Assembly (NCBI GenBank): GCA_016181935.1
Contig: JACOYI010000002.1
Coordinates: 1-58,215, forward strand
Source of the DNA: Candidatus Niyogibacteria bacterium
GTDB taxonomy: Bacteria > Patescibacteriota > Minisyncoccia > HO2-45-28
Direction of reading: 5' to 3'
Length of the DNA stretch: 58,215 bases
Shown one piece after another: positions 52,428 through 58,215 of the stretch; within the stretch, counting starts at the first letter, position 1; each line of letters starts with the position of its first letter. The notes under the pieces are model-generated. The model was not told the origin of the DNA, did no database searches, and saw only the letters and a program-made list of their open reading frames with translations. A program made the position numbers and the translations under genes.

Positions 52428-53459
52428 CTAATCCTGCGGGATGTAGGGCTCGAGGCGAACGTCGAACTCAAGCGATTGATCGCCGCGACGCGCGCTCAAA
52501 TGAACAGAGTCGTTCGGCTTGAGCGTGAGCGCCAATTCCACAAAAAATTCCTTCATCGTGGCAAACGGAATCGGTTGCCCGTCGTGCGACATCTCAACGA
52601 TGATATCCCCCGCCTTGATCCCAACCCGCGCCGCCGGAGAGCCGTCAAATACCTTTGTCACGAGTACACCGGACTTTTCATTCGGAGGATAGGTGCGATT
52701 CGCAATGAACTGGTAGAGATCCGGATGAATGCCATTGATACTCTCGATCTTCATCCCCATGGTCCCGTGATACACGACGCCGCGCTGGGAAAGCATCTGT
52801 ATTGCCAACCGCTCGATATACTGGACCGCGAGCGAGTGGCTCTGGAGGCCCTGCGGCGTTTGCAGGGTGTTCATTCCAACAACAACCACCTCTCCGGAAT
52901 CCCGAACCGTAAACAGGGGGCCGCCGGAATTCCCCGGGTGCACTGGCGACTGGTTCGCGAACATGAACGGGGAAAATGGTGATTCGGGCGCATTGATCTC
53001 ACCCTTTGCCACGCTCCGAACCCCAAAAGGCCAACCGACTCCGTACACCATCTGGCCAACCACGATATCCGACTCATTCCCCAGAGAAGCTGAAGCGGCG
53101 TCCGGCGGCAAGGGCGACGGGCACTCGAGAAGCGCCACGTCCATCACCGGATCATTTCCGAGAATGCCAACCTGCCGCCCGTCCTTTTCGGATTCGAATC
53201 GCACCCACATTTTTTGCTGAAGCACCGGCCCAACCACATGACTGTTTGTGAAAATGAAACACCCACGCTCCGGATTCTGGTAGAAAAAGCCGCTTCCTCG
53301 GCCAAAATTTTGTGATCCTGTCCCAGATTGCTGGGAGCTGTACACTTCAACGAGATACGGGAGCGGCTGATAGAATTTCACCATGTGGTTGTCGATCCCC
53401 GCCTCGACTGAAAACGCGGCTGCAACCAGCGCGAGAAGAGTAAGTCCCCATCGTTTCAT
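52428..53459 (-). CDS. HtrA/DegP-like serine protease with PDZ
   Basis: GSGF, TNSHVV, DVAL, PGNSGGPL; signal peptide; AAGGAG SD. Confidence 0.92.
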   Translation of the reverse strand: MKRWGLTLLALVAAAFSVEAGIDNHMVKFYQPLPYLVEVYSSQQSGTGSQNFGRGSGFFYQNPERGCFIFTNSHVVGPVLQQKMWVRFESEKDGRQVGILGNDPVMDVALLECPSPLPPDAASASLGNESDIVVGQMVYGVGWPFGVRSVAKGEINAPESPFSPFMFANQSPVHPGNSGGPLFTVRDSGEVVVVGMNTLQTPQGLQSHSLAVQYIERLAIQMLSQRGVVYHGTMGMKIESINGIHPDLYQFIANRTYPPNEKSGVLVTKVFDGSPAARVGIKAGDIIVEMSHDGQPIPFATMKEFFVELALTLKPNDSVHLSARRGDQSLEFDVRLEPYIPQD

Positions 53460-53577
53460 GACGTTCTCCTTGTGATTGTGAGGAACTTCGTATCTAGGGC
53501 AAGCGTATACCGCCCTTGGACGAAGTCAAGCCAAATAGGAAAACGGCTAAGCGGGATTTCCCGTTTAGCCGTTTGGA

Positions 53578-54174
53578 TTACTGCGCCGGCGATTCGGCGG
53601 GCTTCATGCCCGCGACCGTGAACTCGCGCGTGGCGAGCGGCACGTCTCCCGCATCGTTGTAAATCGTGAAGCGGATGCGATTGTTGAAGGGCGCGACGGA
53701 AAGAACCTCGATGCCAAAAGTGTCCCCTAGGTAGATGTCGCCATCCGCAAAAGCGAAATACCACTGCTCGCCGATCTTCCATGCGTATATGACCACGTCC
53801 CTGCTTTCGAGCAGAGTGAACGTTACCGCTTTGTCTTTTTCGTCGCCGCTCGCCCAAATCGTCGTTTCGCCCCAATGGACCTCGGAATTGATAACGAATC
53901 CGTCCTCGCTCGGGTTTTCGTAAACGGCGGTCTGCCTATCACTAAGCAAAGCCGTCATCCGCGACGTGTCCGGCCGCGCGGCGGGCGTGAGGACATACGG
54001 CTTTTCCGCGGCCGCCTCGACATTCACTTGCCCCAGTATCGAATCGTAAAAGAAGGGGTCTGTGAGATCGTAGAAGTTTGGATCAGGATCGTGGGGTGTA
54101 AAAGCGAGCCCGAAACCAGCGAACGCTATGGACGCGAACAAAACCGCGACCATCAAACTCAATTTCTTGAACAT
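53578..54174 (-). CDS. Secreted hypothetical protein
   Basis: AGGAG SD; signal MFKKLSLMVAVLFASIAFA; terminator ~53541-53575. Confidence 0.75.
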   Translation of the reverse strand: MFKKLSLMVAVLFASIAFAGFGLAFTPHDPDPNFYDLTDPFFYDSILGQVNVEAAAEKPYVLTPAARPDTSRMTALLSDRQTAVYENPSEDGFVINSEVHWGETTIWASGDEKDKAVTFTLLESRDVVIYAWKIGEQWYFAFADGDIYLGDTFGIEVLSVAPFNNRIRFTIYNDAGDVPLATREFTVAGMKPAESPAQ

Positions 54175-54226
54175 GGCGTTTCTCCTATAAGGGTTCAAGG
54201 AACTCCTGCCTCAAAACACAATACCC

Positions 54227-54340
54227 CTACACGGGGATTTTGTCGAGGTCGCGCGCAAGCTCAAGGTCGTCTTCCAACAGCGCATCCGAAAGTAATCCCT
54301 CGGAACGTTGTGCTTCGGACTCTTTCATCTCTTCTTCCAT
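54227..54340 (-). CDS. Possible 37-aa acidic peptide
   Basis: MEEEMKESEAQRSEGLLSDALLEDDLELARDLDKIPV after fusA; no other support. Confidence 0.3.
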   Translation of the reverse strand: MEEEMKESEAQRSEGLLSDALLEDDLELARDLDKIPV

Positions 54341-54385
54341 AAAATTACGAGTACGTTATGAGTACGAAGCTCGGCCTCGTACATA

Positions 54386-56491
54386 TTATTTCCGCTTTCC
54401 TTCTTTGATCAGCGCCTCCACCGATGCCGGCACTTGTTCGTAATTCGAAAATTCCATTGTATAGGTCGCGCGGCCCTCGGTCATGGAACGCAAATTCGTG
54501 ACATAGCCGAACATTTCGGCAAGCGGAACTTTGGCGCGGATCGATTTCAAATTATACCGGTCCGCCATTTCTTCGATGCGGCCTCTCTTGCTAGACAAGT
54601 CGCCCGTCACATCGCCCAAGAATTTATCGGGCGTGACAACTTCCACGAGCATAATGGGCTCGAGCAAAATGGGACGCGCGCGCTTGGTCGCTTCCTGCAG
54701 GGCGATCGAGCCCGCGATCTTGAATGCCGCCTCCGACGAGTCCACTTCGTGGAATGACCCGTCATAGAGCGTCACTTTCATATCAATGAGCGGGAATCCG
54801 GCGACCACGCCTTTTGCGAGCGCCTCTTTCACGCCTTTTTCCGTTGCGGGAATGAATTCCTGCGGTATCACGCCGCCCTTGATATCATCATCGAATTCGA
54901 ACCCCTTGCCGCGTTCCAAAGGCTCCACGCGAAGCCACACATGGCCATATTGCCCCCTGCCGCCGGATTGACGAATGTATTTTCCTTCCGCCTCGGCCTT
55001 GCCGAGGATCGTTTCTTTGTACGCGACTTGCGGTCTGCCGACGTCGGCATCCACTTTGAATTCTCTACGCATCCGTTCCACCAGCACCTCCAAATGAAGT
55101 TCTCCCATGCCCGCAATGATGGTTTCGAGCGTTTCGGGATCGGATTTGATGCGGAAGGTCGGGTCTTCTTCGGACAAGCGTTTGAGCGCCAGCCCCATTT
55201 TTTCCTGATCGGCTTTGGTTTTGGGCTCGATGCGGACCGCCACCACCGGTTCGGGCGCCACGATCTTTTCGAGTACGATGGGTTTATCAGGGTCGCACAG
55301 CGTGTCGCCCGTATGCGTGTTCTTGAGCCCGACGATGGCGCCGATGCCGCCCGCATCCACCTCTTTCATTTCTTCGCGATGATTGGCATGCATCCGGAGT
55401 ATGCGGCCCACGCGTTCCTTCTCGCCGGTATTCGTATTCAACACATACGACCCCGCACTAAGCGTCCCCGAATAGACGCGAAAATACGTCAGCTGGCCGA
55501 CAAAGGGGTCGGTCTGCAGTTTAAATGCGAGCGCGGCGAACGGCGCATCATCGCTCGGCTCGCGCGTGATCTTCTGGAGCGTGTCTGGGTCCGTGCCCTC
55601 CACCGGTGGAAGATCGGTCGGCGCAGGAAGATAATCCACGACCGCATCGAGCATCAACTGCACGCCTTTGTTTTTGAGCGCAGACCCGCACAGTACGGGC
55701 ACCGCTTTATACGCGAGCGTCCCCTTGCGGAGCGCCCCTTTCAATTCGTCGAGCGTCAGCTCCTTCCTATCCAGATATTTTTCGAGCAACGCATCATCGA
55801 GTTCCGCGATCTTTTCGACGGCCTGCGCTCTCCACATGTCCGCCTCGTCTTTCCTGTTCGCGGGAATCTCTTCCGTGCGAATGTTCTCTCCGTGTTCGCC
55901 GTCAAAATACACTGCTTTCATACGAAGCAGATCGATCAACCCCTCATGCGCCGATTCCAAACCGATCGGAATCGTGATCGCGATGGCATTCGGCGTCAGG
56001 CGCTCGCGGATGGACTCCAAACTTTTTTCAAAATTCGCGCCTAAGCGGTCGAGTTTATTGATGAAACAGACGCGCGGAACATGATGCTTGTCCGCTTGGC
56101 GCCACACCGTTTCCGATTGCGGCTCCACGCCCGCAACGCCGTCGAATACGACAACCGCGCCGTCGAGTACACGGAGTGACCGCTCCACTTCGATCGTAAA
56201 ATCCACGTGCCCCGGCGTATCGATGATGTTGATGCGGTGCTTTTTCGATTCATCGCCCGAAGCGTATGTCGGTGTCCAAAAACAGGTCGTTGCCGCGGCC
56301 GTGATGGTGATGCCGCGTTCGCGCTCCTGCTCCATCCAATCCATCACCGCTTCCCCTTCGTGCACCTCGCCGATCTTATGCGAAATGCCCGTATAAAATA
56401 AAACGCGCTCCGACACCGTCGTTTTGCCGGCGTCAATGTGAGCGATAATGCCAATGTCCCGCAGGCGTTCAATGGGAAAATCACGGGCCAT
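54386..56491 (-). CDS. fusA: Elongation factor G
   Basis: [21 protein letters not shown]. Confidence 0.99.
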   Translation of the reverse strand: MARDFPIERLRDIGIIAHIDAGKTTVSERVLFYTGISHKIGEVHEGEAVMDWMEQERERGITITAAATTCFWTPTYASGDESKKHRINIIDTPGHVDFTIEVERSLRVLDGAVVVFDGVAGVEPQSETVWRQADKHHVPRVCFINKLDRLGANFEKSLESIRERLTPNAIAITIPIGLESAHEGLIDLLRMKAVYFDGEHGENIRTEEIPANRKDEADMWRAQAVEKIAELDDALLEKYLDRKELTLDELKGALRKGTLAYKAVPVLCGSALKNKGVQLMLDAVVDYLPAPTDLPPVEGTDPDTLQKITREPSDDAPFAALAFKLQTDPFVGQLTYFRVYSGTLSAGSYVLNTNTGEKERVGRILRMHANHREEMKEVDAGGIGAIVGLKNTHTGDTLCDPDKPIVLEKIVAPEPVVAVRIEPKTKADQEKMGLALKRLSEEDPTFRIKSDPETLETIIAGMGELHLEVLVERMRREFKVDADVGRPQVAYKETILGKAEAEGKYIRQSGGRGQYGHVWLRVEPLERGKGFEFDDDIKGGVIPQEFIPATEKGVKEALAKGVVAGFPLIDMKVTLYDGSFHEVDSSEAAFKIAGSIALQEATKRARPILLEPIMLVEVVTPDKFLGDVTGDLSSKRGRIEEMADRYNLKSIRAKVPLAEMFGYVTNLRSMTEGRATYTMEFSNYEQVPASVEALIKEGKRK

Positions 56492-56500
56492 AGGACAATA

Positions 56501-56968
56501 TTACCAAGCAAAGTGCGCGAATGCGCGGTTGGCCTCCGCCATCCTATGCGTATCTTCGCGTTTTTTGATGGCCACCCCTTCGTTTTTTGTCGCAAGGATC
56601 AGCTCCTCGGCCAATTTTTCCGCCATTGGTTTTCCTTTTTTGGATTTTGCGGCCGCGATCAGCCATCGCATGGCCAATGCGAGTTTGCGTTCCGGGCGCA
56701 CTTCGCGCGGGACCTGATACGTGGCGCCGCCCACGCGGCGCGCCCGCACTTCGAGAGAGGGCGAAACGTTTTTGATCGCTTCATCCAGAACGGCAACCGG
56801 ATCTTTTTTGGTCTGGGTTTTTATGATTTGGAGGGCGCGATAAAAAACCGTGCGGGCGGTATTTTTTTTCCCGTCCATCATCAATTGATTGATGAATTTT
56901 TCAACCACCAATGAGCCGTATTTATGATCCGGCTTCATCCAATGGGTGATTTTGATCGCGCGGCGCAT
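56501..56968 (-). CDS. rpsG: 30S ribosomal protein S7
   Basis: RRVGGATYQVP, MAEANRAFAH. Confidence 0.99.
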   Translation of the reverse strand: MRRAIKITHWMKPDHKYGSLVVEKFINQLMMDGKKNTARTVFYRALQIIKTQTKKDPVAVLDEAIKNVSPSLEVRARRVGGATYQVPREVRPERKLALAMRWLIAAAKSKKGKPMAEKLAEELILATKNEGVAIKKREDTHRMAEANRAFAHFAW

Positions 56969-56974
56969 AATGGA

Positions 56975-57394
56975 TTATTCTTTTTGTTTCGGCCGCTTTG
57001 CTCCGTACTTCGACCGCTGTTGACGACGCGCTTCGACTCCGGCCGTATCCAAAATGCCGCGCACAATATGATACCGCACGCCCGGCAGGTCTTTGACGCG
57101 CCCGCCTCGCACCAGCACGATCGAATGCTCCTGCAAATTATGCCCCTCGCCGGGGATATACGCCGTTACCTCCATGCCGTTTGTCAACCGCACCCTCGCG
57201 ATCTTCCGAAGAGCCGAGTTCGGCTTCTTTGGGGTCACCGTGGACACCTTCAGACACACGCCCCGCTTGAACGGCGCATTATAAAAGCGCGGACGGTTCA
57301 TCAAAACATTAAAACCGCGCTGGAGGGCCACCGCTTTGGATTTCCATTGAATGGGCTTTCGCCCTTTGCGAACCAACTGGTTGAACGTCGGCAT
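56975..57394 (-). CDS. rpsL: 30S ribosomal protein S12
   Basis: [19 protein letters not shown]. Confidence 0.99.
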   Translation of the reverse strand: MPTFNQLVRKGRKPIQWKSKAVALQRGFNVLMNRPRFYNAPFKRGVCLKVSTVTPKKPNSALRKIARVRLTNGMEVTAYIPGEGHNLQEHSIVLVRGGRVKDLPGVRYHIVRGILDTAGVEARRQQRSKYGAKRPKQKE

Positions 57395-57457
57395 GATTGA
57401 ATAAACGTAAGAAATCTTACTACGGAGAAGGCGTGGGAGTCAACCTCGACTACAGCA

Positions 57458-57523
57458 AAGGGTGGTCTCAAGGGTAACCCTTTTCTGATTCCTAAGGGTT
57501 ACCCTTAGAAAAGGACTACCCTT
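57458..57523. repeat. Nested family P palindromes
   Basis: aaagggtggtctc[aagggtaaccctt-ttctgattcct-aagggttaccctt]agaaaaggactaccctt. Confidence 0.75.
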
Positions 57524-57533
57524 GGGGTTACTC

Positions 57534-58145
57534 CTAAAGCCCGGTGAAAAGCCGGAACAAAAGCGAGATGACCGGAAACAAAACCTGAAAAAAGAAAAAG
57601 ATGAACAAGAGAAGCAATACGAATCCCCATTGCTCCAAAAAACTCTGGACATATCCGTAGCGCGACGGAAGCGCGGAAAAAAGGACTTTGGAGCCGTCGA
57701 GCGGCGGAATGGGAACAAAATTGAATACCGCCAAAAGGATATTGATGAATACGATCGTTGTGGCAATGCTTGCAAATTCGGATGGCAGTTCGACAGCGGT
57801 CGCGATGCGGACAAAAATCCCGAAAATCAATGCGACCAGAAGATTCGCCGCGGGTCCTGCGGCCGCAACGGCCGCCGGCCCCCATTTTTGATTCGAAAGA
57901 TTGTACGGATTATAGGGTACGGGTTTTGCCCAGCCGAAAATGAAACCGCCCGCCCAATAGGTGATGAGCGGCAGGAGCAACGAGCCGAACGCGTCCAGGT
58001 GCGGCAATGGATTCAGGGTCAATCGCCCCGCATATTTCGCTGTCGGATCGCCCAGGGCGTTCGCCGCATACCCATGCGATACCTCGTGGATCACGACCGA
58101 GAAAACCAGAACCGCGATGGAAAATAGAAAATCGATGCCTTGCAT
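57534..58145 (-). CDS. Site-2 protease (M50 family)
   Basis: HEVSHG, GRLTLNP, AAGP, NFVPIPPLDG. Confidence 0.95.
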   Translation of the reverse strand: MQGIDFLFSIAVLVFSVVIHEVSHGYAANALGDPTAKYAGRLTLNPLPHLDAFGSLLLPLITYWAGGFIFGWAKPVPYNPYNLSNQKWGPAAVAAAGPAANLLVALIFGIFVRIATAVELPSEFASIATTIVFINILLAVFNFVPIPPLDGSKVLFSALPSRYGYVQSFLEQWGFVLLLLFIFFFFQVLFPVISLLFRLFTGL

Positions 58146-58215
58146 TTGCCAATTTGACTCGCGAGCTACGCGAGCGATTTATCAAATTGAGCATCCCGCT
58201 TAAATTTTGCGGCTG

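Overview
Core-genome segment of a Patescibacteria/CPR bacterium, most likely Parcubacteria. This is inferred from the missing rpmD/L30 between rpsE and rplO, the tandem VirB2-like pilins, the shortened Mfd, and leaderless or SD-less housekeeping genes. Contents: ftsZ-ftsA-ybeY-yqeY, rpsU, HIT, hisS, lepB, pth, mfd, rpsA, gyrA, a solute-binding protein followed by six pilin-like genes, rnhA-recJ-pgk-tpiA-dedA-galT-GT2-ruvX-map-adk, the S10/spc cluster with tuf, trpS, a phosphomannomutase, rpsF-ssb-rpsR, recA, ftsK, and fusA-rpsG-rpsL. No rRNA, tRNA, CRISPR array or transposase was seen. Two layers are not explained by this annotation. (1) About a dozen stand-alone accessory genes sit between core genes. 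Each has a clear Shine-Dalgarno site, and most have their own sigma70-like promoter and terminator, whereas core genes lack SD sites. Their products look suited to a diderm cell: a beta-barrel-like protein ending in Phe, a SutA-like small protein, CtpA, HtrA and Cys-paired secreted proteins. (2) Several families of palindromic or MITE-like repeats show compensatory base changes, supply start and stop codons, nest in each other, and insert in-frame into conserved proteins. Many start coordinates below were corrected by hand relative to the ORF track.
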